A stretch of 64,000 bases of DNA from Syntrophaceae bacterium (GTDB lineage: Bacteria; Desulfobacterota; Syntrophia; Syntrophales; Smithellaceae), in the NCBI GenBank assembly GCA_018056765.1, contig JAGPFA010000011.1, forward strand, positions 6,057-70,056, in the 5' to 3' direction. The stretch's first letter is position 1. Every line of letters begins with the position of its first letter. Positions 40,010 through 50,500 of this stretch are shown piece after piece. The notes beneath the pieces were generated by a model. That model was not told the DNA's origin. It saw only the letters and a program-made list of their open reading frames with translations, and did not search any database. The position numbers and the translations under genes are program-made.

Positions 40010-41087
40010 GGACGAATCAGCGCGCCGTTTTAGCCCGACCCGAGCGATTCTTTACCTCGCCTCCTTACCCTATCACCTCGTCGTCTCGCAGCGCAACTAT
40101 CTGTACGACCGACGGATTTTGAAGTCCGTGAAACTTGCCCGCCCGGTCATCAGCGTCGGCAACATAACCGTCGGCGGCACGGGCAAAACACCCTGCGTGA
40201 TATATCTGGCGCAAATGCTTGGGCGGCTGGGCTGCCGCACCGCCGTGCTCAGCCGCGGCTATGGAGGTAAAAACCCGCAACCGGTCAATGTCGTTTCCAA
40301 CGGGCGGACCATTCTCCTCGATGCCCGGGAAGCAGGCGACGAGCCTCTTTTGATCGCCCGCTCTCTTCCGGGTGTGCCGGTCCTCACAGGCGCCCGGCGA
40401 AACCTGACGGGGCAGGCAGCCATTGAAGACTTTGGGGCAGAGGTACTGCTTTGTGATGATGCTTTCCAGCACAGACAAATCCGGCGTGATATAAACATCG
40501 TTTTACTCGACGCACATCAGCCCTTCGGCAACGGTTATCTTCTGCCGCGGGGGCCCCTTCGCGAACCGATATCAGGCCTTGAACGGGCCGATTGCCTCAT
40601 ACTGACACGCGACGAACATACAGATGTGCTGCATCCGGAAATCGCGCGCCTGACTGCAGCCGGCATCCCCGTTTTCCGGGCAAAACACCGCTTCCGGGAC
40701 ATTGTCACTCTTTCGGACAACAAGCGCCTGGACCCCGTTATGCTGACCGGGAAAAAAATTTGCGCCTTTTGCGGCATTGCCAGGCCGGAATCATTTAAAG
40801 CTATTCTGGAACAACAGGGAGCTGATATATTGTCGTTTATCGATTTCCCTGATCACCACCCATACGGCCGGTCTGACCTGGAGGCTTTGCAGGAAGGCTT
40901 CAGACCTCTCGGAGCGGACTACTGGGTGACGACAGAAAAAGATGCGATGCGCCTTATGGCATATCCTGAATTTAGCAAACTGATCTGCGCCGTGCGCGTT
41001 GAGATGCACATCATGCCTGCTGCCACCGCCTTTGAAGAGTTTATCGTCGGTCGGCTGGAGGGAAAAATAAAAACAGAGTCACCTTAG
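39975..41087 (+). CDS. lpxK: Tetraacyldisaccharide 4'-kinase
   Basis: P-loop VGNITVGGTGKTP, SRGYGG and DDAFQH motifs. Confidence 0.85.
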   Translation: MAMIPWQRIWNEDESARRFSPTRAILYLASLPYHLVVSQRNYLYDRRILKSVKLARPVISVGNITVGGTGKTPCVIYLAQMLGRLGCRTAVLSRGYGGKNPQPVNVVSNGRTILLDAREAGDEPLLIARSLPGVPVLTGARRNLTGQAAIEDFGAEVLLCDDAFQHRQIRRDINIVLLDAHQPFGNGYLLPRGPLREPISGLERADCLILTRDEHTDVLHPEIARLTAAGIPVFRAKHRFRDIVTLSDNKRLDPVMLTGKKICAFCGIARPESFKAILEQQGADILSFIDFPDHHPYGRSDLEALQEGFRPLGADYWVTTEKDAMRLMAYPEFSKLICAVRVEMHIMPAATAFEEFIVGRLEGKIKTESP

Positions 41088-41116
41088 ACCCCAAAAAGAT
41101 GTATTAAAAATAGAGG

Positions 41117-42061
41117 TTGAAGTTGAACGTTGCCATTTTATCAATCAGAATTCTGGAGCGCATTGCTCCGCGGCCACTCAAGCGCCTTTTTGCCTGGTGT
41201 GTCGCCCGTGCCGGATACTATCTTCTGCATACGCACAAACTCATAGCCCTGCACAATCTTTCCAGGGCATTCCCCGATAAGTCCACCGGCGAGCTTCTGA
41301 AGATTATAAAAGAAACATACCTGAGTTTCGTTTTGACATTTGTCGAGTTTCCCTCAATTACGCGCTTGAACAAAAAAAATCTTCACCGCCATGTCAGAGT
41401 GAAAGGTCTGGAGCATTACGAAAGAGCCCTTGGCGAAGGCAGGGGCATCCTTCTGTTTTCCGGCCATTACGGAAACTGGGAATTTGGTAACGCGGCGCTG
41501 GCCGTTCTTTCCCGGGCGCCGCACTTCATGGCCCGCCGGCTCGACTCTGCTTTTCTGGAAGAATTCAGCACATCTTTGCGCTCAGCGTTGGGCATCGGCA
41601 ACCTGCACAAAGCCAATGCCATGCGCATGGTCCTGCCTCTGCTGAGAAATGGGGAGGCGGTCATTTTGCTCATCGATCAAAATGTTGCAGCCAGAGAAGG
41701 TGTCTTTATCGACTTTTTCGGCAGGCCCGCCTGTGCCACAACCGGAGTCGCGCTGATGGCCATGCATACGGGGGCGGCTGTCTTACCTGTTTTTACGACC
41801 CGGATGAAAAACGGCACATATGTCACTGAAATCGGACCAAAGATCGAAACCGTCAAAACCGGCAACCGTGATGAGGATCTGCTGGCCAACACGCAGAACT
41901 ATAATAAAATAATCGAAGAGCAGGTCAGGAAATACCCGGGACAGTGGCTTTGGCTCCATCGGCGCTGGAAAACGAGGCCTGTGCAGGCCCGGCGGTACTC
42001 GTCTGCTGATCGGGCGTCACAAAAGGCCAACCCCGGACAAATCCCGGGAGGTGCTTTGTGA
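41117..42061 (+). CDS. Lipid A biosynthesis late acyltransferase (LpxL/HtrB-family lysophospholipid acyltransferase)
   Basis: FSGHYGNWE (HX4D-type region; H present) and LIDQN. A non-ATG start is needed (TTG at 41117 or 41123). Its position after lpxK is typical. Confidence 0.7.
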   Translation: MKLNVAILSIRILERIAPRPLKRLFAWCVARAGYYLLHTHKLIALHNLSRAFPDKSTGELLKIIKETYLSFVLTFVEFPSITRLNKKNLHRHVRVKGLEHYERALGEGRGILLFSGHYGNWEFGNAALAVLSRAPHFMARRLDSAFLEEFSTSLRSALGIGNLHKANAMRMVLPLLRNGEAVILLIDQNVAAREGVFIDFFGRPACATTGVALMAMHTGAAVLPVFTTRMKNGTYVTEIGPKIETVKTGNRDEDLLANTQNYNKIIEEQVRKYPGQWLWLHRRWKTRPVQARRYSSADRASQKANPGQIPGGAL

Positions 42062-43110
42062 TTTTAAACGTAAAGAAGAAACTGCCGCAAACCGGCCTGC
42101 AAAGAATACTGATCCGCGGCACCAACTGGATAGGTGACGCGGTAATGACCCTGCCCGCCGTCTCCGCCGTACGCGCCACCTACCCGCAGGCGCGCCTGGC
42201 TATACTGGCCAAACGGCCGGTGACCGAAATTTACCGCCTTTTTTCCCGGGCGGATGAAATAATTCCATACGAAGCTAAATTCGATAATCCCGTGGGCGTC
42301 TTCCGTCTGGCAACCGCCCTCAGGAAAAAAAATTTTGACGCGGCCATACTTCTGCAAAACGCAATAGAAGCGGCGATTATGAGCGTGGCGGCCGGCATCC
42401 GCGTCCGCAGCGGCTTTAACACGGATGGGCGGGGCTTTCTCCTGACACATCCGGTAGTCCGAAATGAAGAAATCCGCAAAGTGCACCAGATCGACTATTA
42501 TCTGGAAATGGTCAAGGCGCTCGGATGCGCGCCCGTCAACCGTACAATGCATTTGGAAACTTTTATATCACCGGCAACGGCTAACGAGACGGCGGCCAAG
42601 TATCTGCCCGGTGAGGACACCCGCTTTATCGGCCTTGCCCCGGGTGCCACGTACGGCCCCGCCAAAAGATGGCTTCCCGAAAGATTTGCAGCCGTTGCGG
42701 ACCGTCTCGGCGCCGAGCTCGGTGCGCGGGTAATCCTCTTTGGCTCAAAGGATGACCGGGAAACAACCGATAGTGTGCAAAAATATGCCCGCTCCGCCAT
42801 GGTTAATCTGGCAGGTATTTCCAGTATGCGGGAAACGATTCATCTCATTTCCCGCTGCCGCATTTTTATCAGCAACGACTCGGGACTGATGCATGTCGCG
42901 GGAGCTCTCAATATCCCCACGGTCGCGATCTTCGGCTCGACCAATCCGGTGACGACCTCGCCTCCCGGGGAAAAAACCCTCCTGGTGCGTAAACCGGTGG
43001 AGTGCAGCCCCTGCCTGAAGAGAACCTGCCCGACTGATTTTCGCTGCATGACTTCCATCACGGCAGATGATGTTTATGAGGCGGCGCATCGCCTGCTGGC
43101 AAAGGGTTGA
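42058..43110 (+). CDS. waaF: ADP-heptose--LPS heptosyltransferase II-like (GT9)
   Basis: ILIRGTNWIGDAVMTLPA N-terminus, GATYGPAKRW, and NDSGLMHVAGALNIP, typical of RfaF. GTG start with a GGGAGGTG SD sequence. Confidence 0.75.
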   Translation: MILNVKKKLPQTGLQRILIRGTNWIGDAVMTLPAVSAVRATYPQARLAILAKRPVTEIYRLFSRADEIIPYEAKFDNPVGVFRLATALRKKNFDAAILLQNAIEAAIMSVAAGIRVRSGFNTDGRGFLLTHPVVRNEEIRKVHQIDYYLEMVKALGCAPVNRTMHLETFISPATANETAAKYLPGEDTRFIGLAPGATYGPAKRWLPERFAAVADRLGAELGARVILFGSKDDRETTDSVQKYARSAMVNLAGISSMRETIHLISRCRIFISNDSGLMHVAGALNIPTVAIFGSTNPVTTSPPGEKTLLVRKPVECSPCLKRTCPTDFRCMTSITADDVYEAAHRLLAKG

Positions 43111-43115
43111 GAAGC

Positions 43116-43703
43116 ATGAAGATAAACACGGCCATTTTTCTTGATCGCGACGGCACCATCAACGAGGAAGTCGGCTATCTGGATCACCCCGACCGGTTAC
43201 ACATGATACCCGCCGCTTTTGCCGCGATCCGCCTGATCAACCAAAGCGGCATGAAGGCTATCGTCATCAGTAATCAGTCCGGTGTGGCCAGGGGTTTTTT
43301 TACCGAGGAAAATGTCCGCGAAATACACCAAAATATTCAGCAGGCCTTAAGAGAGCGGGGCGCGTTTATCGACCGTTTTTATTTCTGTCCACACCATCCG
43401 ACCGAAGGGGAGGAACCCTATAGAAAAGTATGCAACTGCCGCAAGCCCCAACCGGGTATGCTTTATCAGGCAGCCGACGAGCTCGACATTGATCTTGCCC
43501 GCTCGTACATGATAGGCGACAAATATGCGGATATAGAAGCGGCACACCGTGCCGGCGTCAAAGGTGTGCTGGTTTTGACCGGCTACGGAAGGCATTCATC
43601 AGGCGATAAAGACCATGAAACTGAAACACAGGATAATCGTCCCGACTATATCGCCGCGGACATCCTCGGAGCGGTGCGCTGGATTATGAAGGATCGCCAG
43701 TGA
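43116..43703 (+). CDS. gmhB: D-glycero-beta-D-manno-heptose-1,7-bisphosphate 7-phosphatase
   Basis: FLDRDGTIN (HAD motif I), a Zn-binding C-x-H...C-x-C region (FCPHHP...CNCRKPQPGM), and MIGDKYADIEAAHRAG. Confidence 0.85.
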   Translation: MKINTAIFLDRDGTINEEVGYLDHPDRLHMIPAAFAAIRLINQSGMKAIVISNQSGVARGFFTEENVREIHQNIQQALRERGAFIDRFYFCPHHPTEGEEPYRKVCNCRKPQPGMLYQAADELDIDLARSYMIGDKYADIEAAHRAGVKGVLVLTGYGRHSSGDKDHETETQDNRPDYIAADILGAVRWIMKDRQ

Positions 43704-44740
43704 ATATTTTAATTGTGAAATTAAGCGCCATCGGCGACGTCATCCATACGCTGGCTTCTCTGGCGGCGCTGCGCGAGCTTTACCCCAAAGCTCACATCAC
43801 CTGGGTGGTGGAAGAGGCGGCTTCCGGCCTGGTCGTGGGTCATCCCCTGCTCGACGAGGTCATTGTTTTGCGGCGAAAAAGCTGGATAAAGCTCCTCAAA
43901 GGCGGAAAAGTCGGGAAAGTTCTCAAAGAGGCCAGGCTCTTTATCGCCCAGGTGCGCGCCCGCCGTTATGATCTGATCATTGATTTCCACGGCCTGTTCA
44001 AAAGCGCCGCCATCGTCTTTTTAAGCCGCGGTAAAAGAAAATTGGGTTACGATTCCTGGCAGGAACTTACCCGTCTGTTTTACAATGAAAGAATTCACGA
44101 AGATATGAATAAACACGCGGCGGATCGCTATCTGGACTTTCCGCGGCACCTGGGCGCCTCCGTCAGCACGGCAAAATTCATTTTGCCGCTTACCGGGGAA
44201 ACACAAAAGCAGGCTTTGTCGCTCATGGCCAAATATCATTTGCCTGATAAACGATTTATTGCTATCAACCCCATTGCGTATTGGGAAACGAAGTTATGGA
44301 ATAATGAGAAATTCGCAAGTCTGGGCGATTCTGTAAAAAATGAGCTGAAACTGGATGTGGTTTTTACCGGAAGCAAAAAGGAAGATGTCCAGGACATCAT
44401 CACACACATGAAAACAGGCGGGATCAACCTCGCAGGGCAGACCACACTGCCGGTACTGGCGGAAATCTATAAGAGAGCCGCTTGCGTAATTACAACTGAT
44501 TCCGGGCCGATGCATCTGGCGGCGGCTGTAGGCACACCGGTCATCGCACTTTTCGGTCCAACCAACCCGGCCAGAACCGGCCCCTACGGGAAGGGACACA
44601 CGGTCATCACAAGCAACCTCCCCTGCAGTCCCTGCCTGCTGAGAAAATGCCCAACCGGCCAATGCATGAAAGATATAATGCCACGGCAGGTACTGGAAGC
44701 GACAAAGGCGGTAATGCAAAGATTGCCGCTCCAGAAGTAA
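43700..44740 (+). CDS. waaC: ADP-heptose--LPS heptosyltransferase I-like (GT9)
   Basis: MNILIVKLSAIGDVIHTL...ITWVVEE matches the RfaC N-terminal pattern (IVKxSxxGDVxHTLP...WVVEE). TDSGPMHLAAAVGTP is also present. GTG start overlaps the gmhB stop. Confidence 0.75.
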   Translation: MNILIVKLSAIGDVIHTLASLAALRELYPKAHITWVVEEAASGLVVGHPLLDEVIVLRRKSWIKLLKGGKVGKVLKEARLFIAQVRARRYDLIIDFHGLFKSAAIVFLSRGKRKLGYDSWQELTRLFYNERIHEDMNKHAADRYLDFPRHLGASVSTAKFILPLTGETQKQALSLMAKYHLPDKRFIAINPIAYWETKLWNNEKFASLGDSVKNELKLDVVFTGSKKEDVQDIITHMKTGGINLAGQTTLPVLAEIYKRAACVITTDSGPMHLAAAVGTPVIALFGPTNPARTGPYGKGHTVITSNLPCSPCLLRKCPTGQCMKDIMPRQVLEATKAVMQRLPLQK

Positions 44741-44820
44741 AGTTTGTGGAGTATGACCGATAAGTGATGCGCGGTCATCTGCGTCTAACCGAACATCGGG
44801 CGACAGGACAAGATTGAAAT

Positions 44821-46386
44821 ATGACCCAAAATAAATCCTTTTTCATCGCAACATCGATTATCACCGTTATTGTGGCGGTTTACTTTTGTGCTGTAACCTC
44901 CGTTTATGCCATGTCTTCCACCAATATTTCGCTGGAGAGGGACTTATACCGCGACATGGAACTATGGGCGGCTGAAGGCCTGATCACAAGCAACATGTAT
45001 TCCTTCAGGCCTTTTACCAGAGGCGAAATAGGCAAACAGCTGGCCGCGGCGCTCCATCAGTGCGCGTTGATGGATGAGCCGTCCGCAAGCTGCCGCGATA
45101 TCCAAAACAGATACACGACACTTTTCGAAGCGGAAATCGCAGAAGCGCGCTCTCCTCACAGCGCCTCCGGCACTTTTCTGAAGCCGGCCGAATCGGTTTC
45201 CATCTCCTACAGCTACCTGGACGGTCCCTTTTCAACCTTTAATCAGGAGGGACTCCCGGAAATCCGTGGCCATAATGCCCTCGTGCAATTTCAGTCACAT
45301 GCGCGGGTGGGACGATACCTCTCCTTTTTTGTTCAGCCGGCTTTTGTCTTCAATGAGTACAGAACCTTCGATAATCACAGCGCCCGCACAGAGGTCAGGC
45401 TGCATAAGGGCTATGCCAAATTGACCGTTGCCAATTTTGATATTCAGGCCGGCAGAGACTCTCTATGGTGGGGGCCGAGTTATCACGGTGCACTTTTGAT
45501 GTCCAATAATGCCAAACCTTTCGACATGATCAAGATCTCCAACCCGGAGCCGGTCCTCCTGCCGTGGGTTTTCTCCTATCTCGGTCCTGTGCAATTTAAC
45601 GTAATCTTTGCTCAGCTCAATGACGAACGCCATGGACAGGAAATGGCGAATCCTTTTTTATATGGCGTGCGCCTGGGCCTTAAGCCATTGCCGATTCTGG
45701 AGGTCGGGGCGTCACAGCTGGCCATGTTCGGCGGGCCCGGCTATCGGGACAAGAAACACATGAAACCAAGGCACCTATATAAAATCATATACAGCCGTCC
45801 CAGCGAAAACAATGACGAAGTCAATCAGGAATTTGCCGCGGACATGGCGCTCACCCTCCCCCGGCTGAAAAAATATCTTTTTATCGTGGACGGGGTGAAA
45901 TTCACCTTTGAATGGGGGGGAGAAGACAGCGGCATCCCCCCCAACAGACGCGCTTACATTCTGGGGCTGGCGCTGTTCAAACCCTTCACACTGGACGGAG
46001 CGATCCTGCGCGGCGAATACGCGAATCTGTGCCCCCAGAGTGTGCCGGATGCCTGGTACAGACATAGTTTGCATCCAATGCGTTTCGACGGACGGGTGTT
46101 CGGCCACCATGTGGGGGGCGATGCCGACGATATCTTCATAGAGTGGTCGCACAGCATCAATAACGTATTGTACAAGCTCGCCTTTGACCGGGAAAGAAAC
46201 GGCATCAAGATGAGGCCCGCCACGCAGATCAAAAATCAATTTTCATCTGAGATAGGCTACCGGTTCAACCCTCACACAAGCTTCACGCTGAAATATGCAT
46301 TTGAGCAGATTAAAAATGTTGACAATATCCCCGGCCAAAGGCAAAAAAACCACTTTGTCGGAGCGGAGGCTGCCTTGTACTTTTAG
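44821..46386 (+). CDS. Outer-membrane beta-barrel protein, Wzi-like (capsule assembly family) candidate
   Basis: Signal peptide, an N-terminal helical region (LERDLYRDMELWAAEGLI), alternating beta-strand-like sequence, and a C-terminal aromatic residue (ALYF). The family assignment is from memory of Wzi features and is tentative. Confidence 0.5.
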   Translation: MTQNKSFFIATSIITVIVAVYFCAVTSVYAMSSTNISLERDLYRDMELWAAEGLITSNMYSFRPFTRGEIGKQLAAALHQCALMDEPSASCRDIQNRYTTLFEAEIAEARSPHSASGTFLKPAESVSISYSYLDGPFSTFNQEGLPEIRGHNALVQFQSHARVGRYLSFFVQPAFVFNEYRTFDNHSARTEVRLHKGYAKLTVANFDIQAGRDSLWWGPSYHGALLMSNNAKPFDMIKISNPEPVLLPWVFSYLGPVQFNVIFAQLNDERHGQEMANPFLYGVRLGLKPLPILEVGASQLAMFGGPGYRDKKHMKPRHLYKIIYSRPSENNDEVNQEFAADMALTLPRLKKYLFIVDGVKFTFEWGGEDSGIPPNRRAYILGLALFKPFTLDGAILRGEYANLCPQSVPDAWYRHSLHPMRFDGRVFGHHVGGDADDIFIEWSHSINNVLYKLAFDRERNGIKMRPATQIKNQFSSEIGYRFNPHTSFTLKYAFEQIKNVDNIPGQRQKNHFVGAEAALYF

Positions 46387-46565
46387 GGCTGATAGTTTGT
46401 CTGCAGTCGGCACAGCCGCATAACACCCTGATTTGAGTTGAATCCCATACTCCTTCGTGCTATGCAGACGTGAAAACCCAACGGTGACACCAGTGGCAGT
46501 GAATCTGAAAAATATCGAAATATTTACCACGCCGCGCCGGGGCAGCGGCGCTTCGAAAGGTTGAC

Positions 46566-47555
46566 ATGTCCGAAGAAAAAAAAGCTGAACCTCCCGTCAT
46601 TATGTATGAAGCAGACGACGAAATAGATCTTCTGGAACTTGCGCGCACAATCTGGAAAGGGAAGAAGCTCATCATCTGGATTGTAGCTGTCTGTACGCTG
46701 GCCACAATTATCTTATCTCTGGTGATGACCAATATTTATACGGCACAGGCCGTGATAAAGCCGGTACTGCCGGACAGGGCAACCTCCCGTTTCTCGCCAC
46801 TGGCGTCACAATTAGGGGGACTGGCCGGCATGGCCGGCATCGGCATGCCGACACCTTCGTCGTCGGTGGAAATAGCAAACCTGCTCAAGTCAAATGTTTT
46901 GAAAAAAGAGATGATTGAACACTACCAGCTTCTTCCCATACTTTTTTCCAAACAGTGGGATGCGGATAATAAAACCTGGAAAAAGCCGGGTGTCAGCCTG
47001 AACCCTCTTGCGCTGCTTGCCAAATTGAGGCCGGCTGACCCAAAAGCACCCAAAAAAGAGCCGGGAGTTCCCGATATCTGGGATGGGATTCGCGAACTGG
47101 ACCGCATTGTGAAGATCAACCATAACATAAAGGAAGACATCATCACTGTGTCGGCAGATTTTCCCGACCCGGAAATCTCGGCCAAAATCGTTGATTACTA
47201 CATTAGAACCCTTAACGAGCATATGAGTTCCGAGGCCAGGCGTATGGCCATAACCAATAAAGAATACCTCGAGAAGCAACTTCTGGAAACTAACGACGCC
47301 CTGATGCAGCAAAAAATTTATAATCTGATTGCAGAAAAAATCGAAACGATGATGATGGCGGAAGTAAATGAGGGTTTTGCCTTCAAGGTGCTTGACCCGC
47401 CCATGACTCCTGACCGGAAAAGTAAACCCAAAAGGGCCCAGATGGTCGTTCTGGCCTTTACGGTGTCGCTGTTTATCGGGGTTTTTACCGTGCTGTTCAG
47501 AGAATATCTCAGGAAAATAAAGGATCAATCCGCCGGAGGGCAAAATGTGTCATAA
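46566..47555 (+). CDS. Polysaccharide chain-length determinant (Wzz/PCP family, no kinase domain)
   Basis: The N-terminal Wzz motif (IDLLELARTIWKGKKLIIWIVAV...YTAQAVIKP) includes TM1. A periplasmic coiled region and a C-terminal TM2 follow. Confidence 0.7.
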   Translation: MSEEKKAEPPVIMYEADDEIDLLELARTIWKGKKLIIWIVAVCTLATIILSLVMTNIYTAQAVIKPVLPDRATSRFSPLASQLGGLAGMAGIGMPTPSSSVEIANLLKSNVLKKEMIEHYQLLPILFSKQWDADNKTWKKPGVSLNPLALLAKLRPADPKAPKKEPGVPDIWDGIRELDRIVKINHNIKEDIITVSADFPDPEISAKIVDYYIRTLNEHMSSEARRMAITNKEYLEKQLLETNDALMQQKIYNLIAEKIETMMMAEVNEGFAFKVLDPPMTPDRKSKPKRAQMVVLAFTVSLFIGVFTVLFREYLRKIKDQSAGGQNVS

Positions 47556-50500
47556 AACCAGCTCCAAGTATCTGCTACTATCAATAATTACAGTAATCTT
47601 CCTTGCCGCCCATACCGGTATCGTTCATGCCCAGCAGGCGGGGGAAGTTCCTTCTGCTGAAGCCGTCCAGTCTGAGCTGCAAAAAGCCGGCGTCACTTTG
47701 ACACCGGCGGAAATTCAAAAAGGCAGGGAAATGCTCGAGCAAAGGGGAGACAAGCCGCTGACAGATGCGGAAATCAAACAGGGCAAAGATATGCTGGATA
47801 AACGGCAAAAAGAAGCCCCGCCCCGCGCCGACTCCGCCCCGGACGCTGCGGATGACCGGGACGACCCGGATGACCGGGACTCCCTTTTTCACCGAACGCG
47901 CGAAAAAGGAAAATATCAGAATATCTCATTAAGCCTCAGACGCTTCGGGCATGATTTTTTCAGACACACAGCCGTTGGGGCGACACGCACCGACGTGCCC
48001 GTGCCGCTCAATTACGTGATCGGCGCCGGTGACCAGATCAACATCCTCTTGTGGGGACGCTTAAATGCTCAGCACTCTCTGACCGTGGACCGCGACGGCA
48101 AGATCACCATTCCCCAGATCGGCCCTGTTTACGTGGCCGGTATGACTTATGAGCAGATGTCCCAGCATGTCATCGCCAAGGCGGAACAGATTACGGGAAC
48201 CAATATCGATATCACCGTCGGCTCCACCCGTTCCATTCCCGTTTTTGTCCTGGGTGACGTGAGAAGACCGGGAGCCTACACCATAGGCGCGATGTCGTCC
48301 GTCACCGACGCGCTCATCATGGCCGGCGGACCCTCCGCCATCGGCTCAATGCGCCGCATTGAAGTCCGCCGGGGTGAAAAAGTGATCACTTATTTTGACT
48401 TATATGATCTTTTCCTCAAAGGGGACAAATCGCGCGATGTCACACTGCGTGCGGGAGATGTCATCTTTGTGCCTGTCACCGGTCCGCAGGCGGCAATTGC
48501 GGGCAATGTCAAACGGCCGGCCATTTATGAGCTTCGTGACAAATTCGATCTGGGTCACCTGATTGACCTCGCCGGCGGCATCATCCCCAGCGCCTACACA
48601 CAGCAGATGCAGGTAGAAAGAATCATCAAAAATGAAAAACAGGTCGTCATCGACATCAATGATAAAACACTGAGTCTGGTCAAGGACTTTGTCATTCAGG
48701 ATGCGGACATGGTAAAAATCTTCCCCATCGTGGACAAGGACGACAACGCCGTTTACTTAAGCGGCAACGTCAAGCGGCCGGGAAAATATGCCTTCAAGCC
48801 GGGCATGCGCATCGGCGATCTGGTTCAGAGCACCGACGACCTGCTTGGCGCAACACATTTTGACTATGCGCTCATCAAGAGGCAAACACCCCCCGATAGA
48901 GCCATCGTGTTAATTCCATTTAACCTGGGAAAACTGATTTTACAAAATGATGAATCACAAAATTACGAGTTGACGCCGAAGGACCAGATTTTCATTTTCA
49001 ACCGAAACTTATTTGCCGATCCGCCAATTGTCACGGTGGAAGGTGAAATCCGCGGTGGCTCCACAAATGTGAACCAGGATCCACTGCTTATAGATGCCCA
49101 CAACAGGGCAAGGAATCAAAGCATTATCGGAGAGCTACGCTCCATCCGGGAAGAGCTGCAAAAGGACGAGCGTTTCTATCTTTACGCTGCAAAAATCGAA
49201 GAGATAGAAGATGAAATAGCGCAGGAAAGAAGGCCGACTCCGGGCGCGCTGCGCTACCTTCAGGCGGAACTGGAAAAGGCGGGGAGGGCCGGACTTACCG
49301 CCAGGCTGAAAAGGCTCGAAGACAGGATGAAGGTGAGTCGGCAGATTGACCTTGAAGGCAACATGAAAGTCAAGGACGCCATCTTAAAAGCGGGCGGACT
49401 CACCGCCGGAGCCAGCATGGAAAAGGGCGAAATCATCCGCGAGCATGCAAAAAATGAATATAGAACCACCTATTTTGACGTGGCGCGCGCCATGGCGGAA
49501 GATCCCCGGCACAATCTGACCCTGCAGGATAAAGACAGAATCATCATTCACTCCATCTGGGAACAAACCCCCAAAGTCAGTGTTTTCGCCGCAGGCGACG
49601 TCACCAACCCGGGAACTTATCAGTTCACCGAAAATATGACCGTGCGCGATTTGGTCTTCAAGGCGGGAAACGTTTTAGACTCAGCTTATCTGGGAGAGGC
49701 GGAAATCACATCCGTTGGCGTGGTTGACGGCCGTCTGGGCAACCTCGTGCACAGAAACATCAATTTGAAAAAAGCGCTGGCCGGTGACCCGATCCATAAC
49801 ATCAGGCTTTCTCCCAATGATCGCCTGCTGGTGAAGCGTATCGCCGATTATCAGACAATCAGAACAATTACTCTCAGTGGACAGGTCAGCTTCCCGGGGA
49901 AATACCCGTTCCGCAAAGGCGAGAAACTCTCCGACATCATTGAGAGGGCAGGCGGGTTCACTCCCCATGCCTATCTTCGTGGCGCCAATTTCACACGCGC
50001 GCGGGTAAGACAGATGCAGCAAAAAGGCCTGGAAGAAATGACCGAGCGTATGGAAAGAGACCTGCTTTCTTCCGCTTCTGTACAGGTGTCCACTGCTTTC
50101 TCCAATGAAGAGATCACCGCCAAAAAAGTGGAACTGGAGCAGAAAAGGCGTTTCATCGACATGCTCAGGCAAACCAGAGCCACAGGAAGAATGACTGTGC
50201 GCCTGGCTGACGCCAAAACCCTCAGGGACTCAGAATACGACTTCGAACTCGAGGACGGAGACACGCTGTATGTTCCGGAAAAAAACAACGCCGTCAGCGT
50301 GATGGGTTCCGTCATGACGCAGGGCAGCCATTTATACTCGGACAAGTATGATTACCAGGATTATATCGAAATGACGGGGGGCTACTCTTACTACGCCGAT
50401 ACGCGCAATGTTTATATCCTGAAAGTGGACGGCAGCGCCCGCAGGGTTTCCGGCAATTACATCGGCTGGAGCGCTTCACGTGCACGCTGGGAAATGACCG